Shown: positions 1-11,780 of the stretch, one piece after another
Numbering within the stretch: position 1 is the stretch's first letter
Layout: every line of letters starts with the position of its first letter
From: Podarcis erhardii
Lineage: Eukaryota
DNA: 64,000 nt
Assembly (NCBI GenBank): GCA_964252035.1
Contig: OZ176205.1
Direction: 5' to 3' (one strand)
Position numbers and translations under genes: made by a program
Notes under the pieces: generated by a model
What the model was told of the DNA's origin: nothing
The model's input: only the letters and a program-made list of their open reading frames with translations
Databases searched by the model: none

Positions 1-1175
1 TGAACAGCAAAGTACAGGTGTGGATTTTGCTTTCATTGGCTTTTTTTCTTTTATTAATGCACTTTTAAGATTGGAGGATAAAGCTATCATAAAAATTAGT
101 AACTGGATATGGTAAACTAGCTAGTAATAGAGTAAAATCTTTGCACAGTTCAAAGAAGTGTTTATGCACTTTTTACTCTTGAAGGAAAACACCAATCTGA
201 ATCACAAAGGAAATAAAATACTGTTTGGTGATATATTTGCACCACCTTGGCATAATTAACAGCCTTACCACCTCTTGCAAACAGCCAAGAATGGCTGAAA
301 TGCTGCAAGTTCTGTAGCACACAATTAACAATTGACAACAATTCAAACATACCCAGTTTTTGGATGTTGCTGTGTAGGAGAAAGCAATGGGGACATATGC
401 TGTTACATAAGTTAATAGATGTTAAAATGTTTAAATTACATTTAAAGATCGTAACTTGTATATTTTGGAAAGTGTATAGACTTTAAAGGTGAAAGATTTA
501 TGTTTGCTTTCTTTTTTTAATGATTCCCTTTTATGTTCTTTTTCTTCTTCACTGTCCTTATTTGAATTGTACTCCCTTTTAACCTTGTCCTTACATTATA
601 GGAAGTCATCATCTAGAGTAGAAGCAGCTACAGTAGAAGCAGTAAAAGTGCATGTTTTATTTTAAGTTTTCAGTGTTGAAAACACTTGATGGACAGAAAT
701 TCACAAGTAACTTCAGGACTGGGGCATTTTTAAAAAATCCATAGTTTGCATAAAACTGAAAAGGCAAGTTTGTATGTCATCACAGACAGGAACTGTCTCT
801 TACCGCATTTTTATAAATTGGCAAGGAGTACACTGGAGCCCTAACTGGGCCTTTGGGTATTTCAGAAGTATGTGTGTGAATAAACCTGCCTTATTTTTCT
901 TCCCCATACTTTGTATCTAATAGCCTCTTGACATTTTATTTCTTATTTTCATGGGTGGGAACTGAAGGAATATCAATGAATTCTACCAGCTGCATGTTCC
1001 AGGGAACTGAGAAAGCAAAAACCAAGTTTATTGCTCACATAATGTTCAATTCCTGTTTAGAGTGGTATTTGATTTGAGAGTGGTTTTCTGATACTAAAAT
1101 TAAGATGTTTTCAACTTCAAAATAAGTATAAAAGCACAGACTCAATGCAATACAGAACAAATAAAATTGTATCTA

Positions 1176-1537
1176 AAAAAGGTAAATGACCCCTGACAGT
1201 TAAGTCCAGTTGCGACGCTCATCTCACTTTACAGGCTGAAGGAGCTGGCGTTTGTCCGCAGACAGTTTTTCCAGGTCATGTGGCCAGCATGACTAAGCTG
1301 CTTCTGCACAACGGAACATCGAAACCAGAGCAGCGCACGGAAACACCGTTTACCTTCCCGCTGGAGCAGTACCTATTTATCTACTTGCACTTATGGCGTG
1401 CTTTCAAACTGCTAGGTTGGCAGGAGCTGGGATCGAGCAACGGGAGCTCACCCCGTTGCGGGGATTCGAACCGCTGACCTTCTGATCGGCAAGCCCAAGA
1501 GGCTCAGTGGTTTAGACCACAGTGCCACCCGTGTATC
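1176..1537 (-). mobile_element. Sauria SINE, near full length, 11-bp TSD
   Basis: Reverse complement of the Sauria SINE body (GTCATGTGGCCAGCATGAC core, (ACCTTT)-type tail at 1178-1186). TSD AATTGTATCTA at 1165-1175 and 1538-1548. Confidence 0.92.
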
Positions 1538-2013
1538 AATTGTATCTACCAATTGATAAAACAGTACTATTATCCAAACATTTCTGCTGCAGTTTAGGAT
1601 GCAGTGCTGCAAATAAGGCAAGTTTTTTCTTTGCCTGCTAATCAATATTCTAATTTCTGCTATGTAAGCCAAATACCTATATTTATCTAGTGACTGGAGG
1701 AAAGATTTGGGACTTAAGTCCTTGTAAAGATGATCATTTGCTTTCTAGTTCTGTTTTTTCCAAGGAATGTAAGTAACTTTACAAGAGATTGAGAACCCAT
1801 AATAACAAGTTTAGTTAATACGTACATGTTCTGGGGATGTGTAAATCACAACACCAACCAAAAATCTAACTAAGAAGCAAAGACTGCTGTTGGTGGGAGT
1901 GTTCCATAAATGTGCCAGGGACAAATCTGAAATATCCTGTCATCCTTTACTTTTATTCTTTCCTTCTGAGAGGACATGAAGTGTAGGAATTGAACACAGC
2001 ATTCAGCTTGTCA

Positions 2014-2379
2014 TAATAATAATAATAATAATAATTTATTATTTGTACCCCGCCCATCTGGCTGGGTTTCCCCAGCCACTCTGGGCGGCTTCCATAAAAA
2101 CCAGAAATGCACTAAAATATCACAGATTAAAAACTTCCCTGAACAGGGCTGCCTTAAGATGTCTTCTGAATGTCAGGTAGTTATTTATCGCTTTGACATC
2201 TGATGGGAGGGCGTTCCACAAGGCGGGTGCCACTACCGAGAAGGCCCTCTGCCTGGTTCCCTGTAGCTTTGCTTCTCGTAATGAGGGAACCGCCAGAAGG
2301 CCCTCGGCGCTGGACCTCAGCGTCCGGGCAGAACGATGGGGGTGGAGACGCTCCTTCAGGTATACTGGGCCGAGGCCGT
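2014..2379 (-). mobile_element. 5'-truncated LINE 3' end (L2-like) with (TAA)7 tail
   Basis: (TAA)7 at 2014-2034, then a squamate L2-type 3' end (CCCATCTGGCTGGG...GGGAGGGCGTTCCAC). TTGTCA is repeated at 2008-2013 and 2380-2385. Family call from recall. Confidence 0.7.
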
Positions 2380-2885
2380 TTGTCAGGCTTTTAGAAAACA
2401 GTATTTTTATACTAATGGTGCTATATAATAATTTATGACATGTAAAAAAATGTATTTTAATATTACATTAGAATTTATTTCGTGTGTCCAACTTGAGAGA
2501 AACCATGCCAAAGGAGTCATGATGCCATGGGTTGTGGTTTTGCAAGTGTTTTTATAAGGAAGAAAGCATAACTGAAATAGATCTGTTTGGTGCTCTTAAG
2601 AAAATGTAAAGTTTTGGTACTCTTTCAAAATTTATCCCTAGTAACAAAGTGTGATACTTTATGAACAAAGCCATGTTATGTACAAAATCATTTTGATCTG
2701 CTAACAGAAAGTGCTGTTGAGTTGTCAATATTGTGTGAGTTTCCAAGCAGTTAAAGTTACAGGAAAAATAGGTTTCCTAGCATACTGCTTTGATTCTAAT
2801 TTTCGTTGCATAAAAATGCAAGAAAGGGAAATATAAATTGAAGAGCCGCCTATCCAGTAAGCCTGCTTAAAGAGGTGCAGAATCT

Positions 2886-3290
2886 GTAAGGCAGGTGTTG
2901 GAATCATTTGGCCCTCCAAATGTTGCTGAACTTGGAGGTGCCATCTTGTGTCTGATGTGGCATGTGTGTGTGATGTCACATGCACAATGTATATCTGTGA
3001 CGTCACATTGTTGGGAGGAGGCTGAGTGGGGAGCCCAGAGCAGCATGGCTTCCTCTCTTGTACTCAGGAGGAGCTAGCCATTGGACAGTGTTGCAGTCTG
3101 CTTCCTCAAACTTCCCAACATCAAGGGGGCCCTGCCAGCAAATATTGAGGGGGGTGAAGACCCCCTCCACCCCTAGGTGTTGGCACACCTGGCTGAAATG
3201 CAACTCCCATCAAACCCAGCAAACATGGGCAATGACCAGGGATAATTAGAGTTGTAGTTCAGCAACATCTGGAGGGTTAAAGCTTCCCCA
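2886..3290. mobile_element. Short palindromic MITE-like repeat, apparently interrupted by a second repeat
   Basis: GGCCCTCCAAATGTTGCTGAACT (~2908) and its inverse AGTTCAGCAACATCTGGAGGG (~3256) are separated by unrelated sequence. Confidence 0.5.
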
Positions 3291-4086
3291 AATCTCTTGG
3301 TAAGAGGAAATTGGCAGCCTTTGCCACTGTATGAAAAGGTTATGTGCACAAGTATACTGTAGGCATGTGTTTAGTGAAAAAGTAAATACAAAATTATATA
3401 AAAATTGGAATAGATGGTGTTTTTCTGTTTTCTCCACAGTGCTCTAGCCTGTTCAGCTGCATCTGTATTTTCTGTTCAGTTTTCAACCAATATATCAGGA
3501 AAGCTTATTGGAATCTTTACTCATGAAAAAAACCTTCAAGAAATTCAAGACATGTTCACTTCAAGGGAGCATGAATTGATACAGCAGTGAGAGCATCCCT
3601 AAATATGTCTGTACTTTTTAAAAAATAATAATTGGTTTTTATAGCTCAACATATTGAATTCCATCTAGTTAAATAGTCTTTAACACCTTAAAGACTAACA
3701 GTTGTATTATGGCTTAAGCTATCATGTCATTCATGTTGCATAGTGTGATTTGTAAAATCAGTATGATCAGTATGTATCTCTTTTATCAAATCTTTATTCT
3801 AGCCTTCCTCTGTGAGCTCAGTATGACAAGCATGTTCTCCACAAGAACCCTGCAATGTAGTTCAGGCTGGGAGAGTGGACCAAGATCATTGTGTGAGCCA
3901 TTCTATTACTCTTGAAAAGCTTTTATTGCTTGACTTTATACTCCTGATTTCTTGCATGGAGTGGAATGTCAACTTCACACACAAGCATACATTGAAAGGG
4001 CAGGTCCTAAGCTGGAACTAATGTTAGCAGGAGAAGGTGAGTATGTAAATGGTGTTAGGCAATTAATGTGTACTACTTTAAAATTA

Positions 4087-4428
4087 GGGACGTGGGTGGC
4101 GCTGTGGGTGAAACACAGAGCCTAGGACCGATCAGAAGGTCGGCGGTTCGAATCCCCGCGATCGAGTGAGCTCCCGTTGCTCGGCCCCTGCTTCTGCCAA
4201 CCTAGCAGTTCGAAAGCACGTCAAAGTGCAAGTAGATAAATAGGTACCGCTCCAGCGGGAAGGTAAACGGCATTTCCGTGCGCTGCTCTGGATCGCCAGA
4301 AGCGGCTTAGTCATGCTGGCCACATGACCCAGAAGCTGTCTGAGGACAAACGTCTGCTCCCTCGGTCAATAAAGTGAGATGAGCGCCGCAACCGCAGAGT
4401 CCGTCACAACTGGACCTTTACCTTTACC
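4087..4428 (+). mobile_element. Sauria SINE, full length, 9-bp TSD
   Basis: GGGACGTGGGTGGCGCTGTGG head, GGTTCGAATCC B-box, ACCTTT tail. TSD TTAAAATTA at 4078-4086 and 4429-4437. Confidence 0.93.
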
Positions 4429-5829
4429 TTAAAATTATTTTTAAACTCAATTTTTTAAACTAAAATAATGCAAGAATATTGAGAAGAGACCTTAAATGTG
4501 CATTTGTGATGGTGGTAGCACGTATTTTTGATCTTCTGGTTTGTTTGCTTTTACAAAATGTAAAAGCTGCCTCTGAGAAAGTCAACAAGCTAGAAATATA
4601 TTGGGCAAATAAACCATCCTCAGTTCACCATTGGAGACCATCTGTTTATGTTCTTTATTTTGGTGTTAGTCCATCTGCCCTTCCATTGAAAAGTTAGCAC
4701 TGCATTGCAAAATTCTATGAGTTGTATCTAAAGATGTCTATGCACGATCAGAATGGACTCTACCTTTCTTTGCCCTTCTGACAGCCCTTTGTGTGCCCTC
4801 AAAATTTGTTCTGGAAGATTTTAGCATTCCTAGAGGCAGATTTCAAGAGGGGGATATGGAATATCTTTTCGGAGTTTTGGAATATAATACTAAACCAGGG
4901 CTGCTAAATTTAGTAGAGTATAGTTAGAATTGTAACTCTAGTTATAGCAAATGAAATATTGCACTGCATGCCATTTAAGTGTTCACTTACAGCCCCTCAG
5001 CTCCTTATGCAGTGGGTCTTTTTCCATTTCCCTTTGTGGATAATTGGAAAATGATATTCTGCAGGAATGGATATGAAAACAGCTGTAGCTTCTAATATAT
5101 TTTACTGTTATTACAGAGACTTCAGCCACAAGCCCAAGTACATTTATTATTAGAATTTACTAGGAAACCAATTTTATATAACATAAAGGGACTTTTGTTC
5201 TGATTATGTTTGTATCTCTTGTAATAGTGAAAGCAAGCCCAGTTCTTGCAGCTAAGGCAAACAATGGCTAAGTGAACAAGAGAGTGTGTGTGTGCTTGGA
5301 AATAAAATAGGGCTTTCTTGCTCCAGACAAACCATGGCCCATAGCCAAGATTTGTTCTTGGCTAACAGTGCGTTGTATGGGAGACGAATCACAAGCTGGT
5401 TTGGGATGCAAGGATAACCCAGACCATGGCTTTCCTCTCGGTACCATGGCAACGGACGAAGAAAAAGATTTCTAAAGCTTGCCCCCCGAGTCTTCAGTAA
5501 AAATGCAGGGCAGCGAATCTGCGGCTGGCTAGCTTGTCTACCATAACTTTATTCCCATAAAGGTCAGTTGTTTTGCCCTCGGTGGTGACAGCAGCTGGCG
5601 AAGAGGGGGGGAATCATTCTTCAAGCAGCACGAGCGCTTCCAAGTTTTACTGCTGTTTTGGGGGCTGGGAGGGAACACAAGCCGCTGCCCAGCCACAGAT
5701 TACGCCACAATTCTGAATGTCACCCCGATTTCCTTCAGGAAACTTCCCCACTTGCACCCCGGAATCTCCGGCGTTGGGGATACTTCCACAGGGAAACCTA
5801 TAAGCGAACAGCGTCTGCGAAGCCACAAA

Positions 5830-5958
5830 CCCCGCCCCTCTCTTGATCGTTGAGGGTGACTCGAAAGAGGCGGGGCACTCAGCAGGGACCGCGAGAATGC
5901 GATCTGCGCGGTTCCCATCATGCAACGGGGCAGGGGGTATAAAAGCCGGAGGCGGGGC
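5830..5958 (+). promoter_or_regulatory. Independent Pol II promoter of SCARNA2
   Basis: GC boxes at 5830-5838, 5867-5876 and 5948-5958; ZNF143/Staf-like GTTCCCATCATGCAACG at 5911-5927; TATAAAA at 5938-5944, ~25-30 nt upstream of the inferred RNA start. Human scaRNA2 is known to have its own TATA/ZNF143/Sp1 promoter. Confidence 0.8.
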
Positions 5959-5966
5959 GCGAGCCG

Positions 5967-6362
5967 GTTCTTCAGAGAGTAGCCAGGGGCAGAGTGAGTG
6001 GTGTGTGGCTGTGGTGGGGCGCGGAAGGTATGTGTGGGGATGGTAGGCGGTGCGTGAGGCGTGTGCGTGGGTTGAGTGACGCGCGTGTGGAGCCCCTGCG
6101 CTACGGCACTTCTTTCCTTCATTTACACGTTGATCTTATTTGATCGGGCCGGGATGCTGCCGCCTCCCCAGGCCTGAGATGAGAAGAACCCTTCTCCCTG
6201 CGAAGCCCTCGGGCGCTGTGCAGTGAAGCAGGTGAAGCGAGCGGGCGGCCGTTTTAAGCCGGAGGTGATGAACTGATCAGATAGACGAGGCTGGAGGCTG
6301 CGGGGGGGGGGGGTTCCCTTCCCCCTCCTCCTGGCCAATGCGTATCGGAGCGATTCTGATCC
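5967..6362 (+). ncRNA. SCARNA2: Small Cajal-body RNA 2 (mgU2-25/61), box C/D guide for U2 snRNA 2'-O-methylation
   Basis: GU-rich 5' part (~5995-6090). TACAC(G)TTGATCTTA 6124-6138 is complementary to U2 nt 22-35 with one bulge, and box TTGA 6140-6143 puts U2 G25 at the +5 position. C box GTGATGA 6265-6271; ATCAGATA 6276-6283 is complementary to U2 58-65, with C61 at +5 from ACGA 6285-6288; D box CTGA 6356-6359; terminal GGA/TCC stem. Position next to C1orf194 matches human synteny (recall). Exact ends inferred. Confidence 0.88.
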
Positions 6363-7067
6363 GGCTCGACCGCAGTAGCTCCGCCTCAGCCGCTCCTTTG
6401 TTCCTGCCTCAGGCGTCTTCCTTTGCTGCGACCACGCCTCCCCCTCTCCATCCCCGTCCCTCGCACAAGGCTGCTGGCTTTCACCTGAAAAGGCCTTCCC
6501 AATAAATGCTAATGAAATTCGCGGTGCGAAAACAACTTGGAACAATTAATTCTGGCATGCTCCCCTCCCCCGCCCCGACTTCATTCCATCTAATGGACTG
6601 ATGGTGAGATGGGTTGTAGTCCAAGAAAGCTCTTTGCTAAGTCCTTAAGGTGCCACAAGCCTCTTCCTTGTGCTATAAAAGGACACTTGCAGGCTCTGTT
6701 CAAAGAGTTCATGATGCTTGCATGTTCCGTGGTTCCTTCTGTGGAGCCGTGCAATATTTCCCAAGCTGTGCCCATGTCTTATAGGGCTGCTTCTCAAATT
6801 ATTGCCACCATGTGGAGGCTGATAGTACACTAACGATTAAAATGGCCTCTGGTGGTTAAAATTACAGAAAGCAGGCCTCCCCTAAGACTCAGAATTTAAG
6901 TTCTCAAAATGACAAAGGGAATCTACAATTCCTTCTACCTGTCAGCATTTTCATGTGCTTTTGGAGTCAGGAGGAAGACATACTTAGAGAGATTGCTTGC
7001 TAGGCTAAACTGAGAAATAATTGGCCTGTTCTCATTTGAGTGTATTTTTTCTTGAATGTTAAACATA

Positions 7068-7286
7068 CATTGGAACCTCTGGTTACATATGAACACTTCT
7101 GGTAATGAGCTCCGCTAACCTGGAAGTACATGCTCCTGGTTGCGAACTTTGCCCCAAGATGTGAGCTGAAGTCATGCGGCGGCAGTGGGAGGCCCCATTA
7201 GTGAAAGCGCGCCTCAGGTTAAGAATGTTTTTGGGTTAAGAACAGACCTCTGGGATGAATTAAGTTTGTAACGGGAGGTACCACTG
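7068..7286. mobile_element. Tc1/mariner (Tigger/pogo-type) MITE, degenerate
   Basis: Ends CATTGGAACCTC...GAGGTACCACTG; same family as 24297-24537 in opposite orientation; TA on the left flank. Confidence 0.72.
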
Positions 7287-7639
7287 TGCTATTGGCTTTA
7301 ATTCTTTAAGGGTTCATCCCTCGGACTTGTCTGCATAGCCAAGACTCAGTAGTAATAAAGACTCACTAGTAATAAAGATGGGCATTCCTGTCCATATGTG
7401 CAGTGCCCTTTTTAAAAATAGTGAAACTAGCACCTGAATTAGTAGAGAAACGGCTTTTACAGCAGTTTAACCTTGGCATCTGTCATTGTGAGAGTACACT
7501 GCACTGCCTGCCCAAAGTGATAGTTTCTAAATGCTATCCTTTTAGGACTTCACTTCAGATTAACTGATTCAATTCCTTACCAAAATCTCTGGATTTACTA
7601 GGGCTGATAACTTGGACTTTGCTCATAGGCAAGAAGCAG

Positions 7640-7645
7640 TTTATT
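7640..7645 (-). terminator. Candidate polyadenylation signal of CFAP276
   Basis: AATAAA on the minus strand ~170 nt past the stop codon; first canonical hexamer I saw downstream of it. Confidence 0.5.
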
Positions 7646-7817
7646 CCTCTCAAGTACAGTACTGGGGAACAGTATAGCTGTGCTGCTACTAGAATTCAGT
7701 GAAGATGGGTGGTCTAATCAAGGATCCTAAAAGGAAAGCAAACATTGAAGACTTAACTCAGATACATGTAAACACAGGCTGAAAGGACAGAAGCAGCATC
7801 ATAGCCATGCAGAACTC

Positions 7818-7888
7818 TTAGTGGTAGAAGATCCCACCGTTCTCTTTGCGTGAGTATCCACTGTTAGTGGCTGCAGTGTGATGAGACT
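7818..7888 (-). CDS. CFAP276: CFAP276 exon 5 (last coding): (E)SHHTAATNSGYSRKENGGIFYH*
   Basis: Acceptor ttttcag at 7889-7895; TAA at 7818-7820; 71 nt. Confidence 0.92.
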
Positions 7889-8452
7889 CTGAAAAGACAA
7901 AAGTCACAGTCAACTTTTTCTGAGTATTCCACACACTGAGAAATTTTCCAATCAGAGCTCTAAATAGTACCACACATCAATTTAAGAGGAAGATCTTAAT
8001 TTCTTGTGGTAAATTGAAAACCATCAATTCAAAAGTTTCCAGATGATGTTAAGAAGCATAACCGAAAAAAATGGAGATCTCAATGAATGCACAAAACCTG
8101 CACGTGTTCTGCTTAGCTCTAAATTTCTTATCACTTAGTGGCCAACAATGTTTTTGAAGACTTTTCTTCAGTCTAGTTTAAAGTGTGATCCACACCATTC
8201 ATTTCAGTGGTTTCTCAAGCAGAATATAAACGTAGAGGAGCTTTCATCACCCTGATTTTAAAAGTATATCTACTCTGAATGCATTAGTTTTTAGCACAGG
8301 GATAGGTTGAAGAATATGATTATATAATGTAAATAAAAGAAGCTTGATATTCAAAATCATTAAAAAAGGACCTGGGAGAGTAGGGTGTCTAGGTAGGAGT
8401 TAGATTTGCTGAACACGAGCTGGTCACTATGGATTTATGTTCTTACTTCCTT

Positions 8453-8739
8453 TAAAGGTAAAGGGACTCCTGACCATTAGGTCCAGTTGTGACCGACTCT
8501 GGGGTTGCGGCACTCATCTCGCTTTATTGGCCAAGGGAGCCGGCGTACAGCTTCCAGGTCATGTGGCCAGCATGACTAAGCCGCTTTTGGCGAACCAGAG
8601 CAGCGCACGGAAACACCATTTACCTTACTGCCTGGAGTGGTACCTATTTATGTACTTGCACTTGGACGTGCTTTTGAACTGCTGGGTTGGCAGGAGCAGG
8701 GACCGAGCAACGGGAGCTCACCCCGTCGCGGGGATTCAG
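8453..8739 (-). mobile_element. Sauria SINE lacking its 5' head, in CFAP276 intron 4
   Basis: AAAGGTAAAGGG tail through GCGGGGATTC; highly similar to the other three copies. Confidence 0.9.
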
Positions 8740-8787
8740 GGTAATTCTTTAGGAGAGGTAAAATGAATGTCTACAACTTGTGCTTAC

Positions 8788-8921
8788 CAATAGCTCCTTC
8801 AATGTTGTGGATTGACTCTCTTACTGGGTTGACCCAGTGTCTCACAGATATACCCTTGGAAGTAGGATGCTGAATCAGAGTTGCTGTGCGTTCCTTCACA
8901 GGCTCTAAACCCTTCAATTGT
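8788..8921 (-). CDS. CFAP276: CFAP276 exon 4: QLKGLEPVKERTATLIQHPTSKGISVRHWVNPVRESIHNIEGAI
   Basis: 134 nt; AG acceptor 8922-8923, GTAAGC donor; phases 2/1 fit the neighbouring exons. Not shown in this frame in the ORF track. Confidence 0.9.
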
Positions 8922-9469
8922 CTCAAAAACAAGAGTGAGAACATGTGTTAACATGTAAAAAAGTAATATATTCCGAGCAGAGGCCATCACTTCCATATTC
9001 TGTGCATTGGAGTACGGATTTTGTTATGTATCTGTAAGCATTAAAGTGATTTAAGATCTGTAGGTGTGCTCTCACTGAGAAGCACCCTAAGACAATATAG
9101 TGTGCTAAGTAAGTAGAGACCCATATTTTGCCAAGGTAATATTCACTGGCTTGGGTTTCCAGTGTGCAGTGCAAAGCTGCTTGCTTCAGCATTGTCTGCA
9201 CGTGCCTATTATTGCAAGTGCAGATGGATAAGAAATGGGATACCCATGCAGTACAAGCCAAAGCAGAAGCACTTCTTGCACTGTTTTTGTGTTGTATACT
9301 GTGGCAGGAGAATGGTGTGTCTCATCTGCACATAGATGAGGAAACGTTTTCAGTAAAGTACAGAAACAACCTGCCTCATAGCTACACATGTTGCACCTTT
9401 GGCTCATGCAAATTCTGTGGAGAGTCATGCTGTTTGCTGAATTCTACAAGAACAATGAATTCCACTTAC

Positions 9470-9585
9470 CCATGGTCATCAAATAGGGTCTCCTTATGGA
9501 GAACTACCTTGCTCTTGTCTTTAAGCAGGTCTTCATGGTGATTGTACAGGGCACTAAGGTTAAAATCCAGACTGTCTTTGGAAAC
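9470..9585 (-). CDS. CFAP276: CFAP276 exon 3: VSKDSLDFNLSALYNHHEDLLKDKSKVVLHKETLFDDH(G)
   Basis: 116 nt; AG acceptor 9586-9587, GTAAGT donor. Confidence 0.92.
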
Positions 9586-9796
9586 CTAGCCATGGGTTTA
9601 AGAAGGGATGGGGAAATCAGTATTGATGTTTTTATAAGTCTGCTTTAAGTACACAGTGCAACTACAGGTGTTGAGGGGTCAAAGTGTAGCCCATTTAAAA
9701 GCAAATCTGACAGTGCCAACCTATTTCGATTGAGGGCAAAGCAAAAGAGCCTTGCAACACAAGCAAAGGATGGTAACATCAGATGAATATTTTTAC

Positions 9797-9913
9797 CTCA
9801 GGTTCTGTATACCAGATTTCTCTTCTGATGCTTGCTAGAGTAGGTGTTCCATGTAGTCGATTCCAGGGGTCTCGTTGCTGTGCAAGATGGGTAGGAATAC
9901 AGTACGGAGTTTT
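9797..9913 (-). CDS. CFAP276: CFAP276 exon 2: KTPYCIPTHLAQQRDPWNRLHGTPTLASIRREIWYTEPE
   Basis: 117 nt inside ORF 9779..10069; CAG acceptor, GTAAAA donor. Confidence 0.93.
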
Positions 9914-10786
9914 CTGGATCAATAAGAAGTATAAGAGACTTAAAGGAGTGATAGCAAACTTGTTCAGTCTGAGGAGATGGACCCTGCCAGCCAAGTTAGG
10001 TGGGCCAACCCTGTGTAGTGCTATTTCAGAATGACCAATCTGAAACCAAAATGAGGCATTGTGCCTCATTGAGTACAGTAGTATAATTGTTCAAATTCTA
10101 AAGTCACACTTCCGCTTATGCCCCTTTCTCATAATTACCCAGTGAGCAACAAAAGTAGTTGGGATGTGCATCTGGAGCTCTTGTTAAGTGCATATAGAAG
10201 CTGCTGTAGAAGAGGCTGTATATTGGGTGCTGCTTTTACCCCTTTCTCCCACTGCCTTTAGGACCCAGGCCCTATGCTGTTTTAGACATTTCTGTTTCCC
10301 ACAAGTTCTTGGTATGGATGCTGTGTCTGTGTTCTGGGGAACTGATGCCACATTTGCTAATCTTCAGCCATCAGCAAATTGTGGGAAACAGTTGGTGCAT
10401 TTTAGCGCTCGTTATCAGTATTTTTTCTGGGTGAACAGTAACCCATGCTCATTCATAAAGCTTCGTGCAAGAGTGAACATGGCTGTGAGTAAGCTAAGTA
10501 CATAAAGCCAAAATTGATATGCCTGACACTGCTGCCTGTGCTAGATTAGGGTCCATGGGATGATTTACATGAGGTTTAAAATGTGTTGTCTTCTGACCTG
10601 TAGCTAAAATGACCTTCTTTCAACAAACAGACACACACTCCCAACTTGCTGGTTCTCATATTTTCAGAGTAGAGGACAGCACATTGGCAGAAGAGGCAGC
10701 CTCATGAGTTCTTTCACTTTACATCATTTCTCTTCTATACTCTGAGACGGGAACACAGGAAGCTACATTATATTAAATTAGACCCT

Positions 10787-10900
10787 CTGTCCATTTAGCT
10801 TAGCATTGCCTACATAGACTGGCAGCGGGTCTTCAGTGTTTTAGGCAGAAGTCTGTGTCTCTGTCTGGAAATTAAACCTGGGACCCTCTGCATGCAAAGT
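10787..10900 (-). mobile_element. Degenerate tRNA-derived SINE (Squam3-like)
   Basis: Similar to 51375-51548 (GACTGGCAGCGG...CCTGGGACCCTCTGCATGCAAAG). Confidence 0.55.
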
Positions 10901-11780
10901 GGCTGGAGGAGTTGGACAGAGCAAGAGGGTGAAGGAACCACGGGGGGGGGGGTCGCATTCTCTAGACACCCTGGGAAACTCAACAAACCTACTGTACCTG
11001 GAACTGGGGGTGGAGAATGCAGCTGAAGGGGACACAGCTGTGGCAATGGATGCTAGCCAGCCATGCTTTGTACACCACTTAGATATATTTTAATATGCTA
11101 AGTGGTAGAAATATTTTAAATATATTAAGTAGTGTAGAAATTCTGTCAATCAATCACAGTAGAATCTGAGCCCCAAAAGGAGTGAGCAAAGCCTGGCAAG
11201 ACAGCCTTGGCATGGCAACAGGTTGCAGCAGATGGACCACGTGCTGTGGATTTGCTGCTGTTTGCAGGCCACCAGGAAGCAGTCTCTGGTTTAAAGAGAA
11301 AGGCGAGAAGTGTTTTAAGCGAGGAGCACTTATATATTGCTGAGGCTACATTTATTTGTAGAGACTAGTAGTCTTGTCGTCTAGAGTCTCCAAGTTACTC
11401 TTAAAAGTACTTTTTTATAAAGTGCGTATGTGTAAAATTAGTGGCTTCAGCAGTCCCAAAATACATTGTGGCGCTTTGAGATTTTAGAATTTGGTATTCT
11501 CTCTGTTCCCACAATCCTCCTTGCAGTGTACTTACACTTTCTTCCATTATTGGAAAGAATATAATGTGTGGGGTAGGGAGCTTCTCTGTGCTCCCTCACC
11601 CAAGTTGTTGAAAGGGAATGGATGGAAACCTTTATCCTGCCTGGAAAAGGAATGTATTGATAATGTGCATTCTTATCTGAGGGTAGTGCATTGTGACAAC
11701 ATATTCCAGTATTGCCTTCTGTCTTCCAAAGTGCCACCTGGCACTCAAAAGTTTAAATAGCTGCTGCCTTATGTTGATGT

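Noticed and set aside
1-1170. Possible TMEM167B 3' UTR (expected from human synteny)
   Set aside because: AT-rich with AATAAA motifs, but I found no TMEM167B coding exon in the window, so it cannot be supported from this sequence.
5700-6545. Two 140-aa minus-strand ORFs (5700..6122, 6123..6545)
   Set aside because: They are antisense to SCARNA2 and its promoter in GC-rich, stop-poor DNA, with no recognisable protein features.
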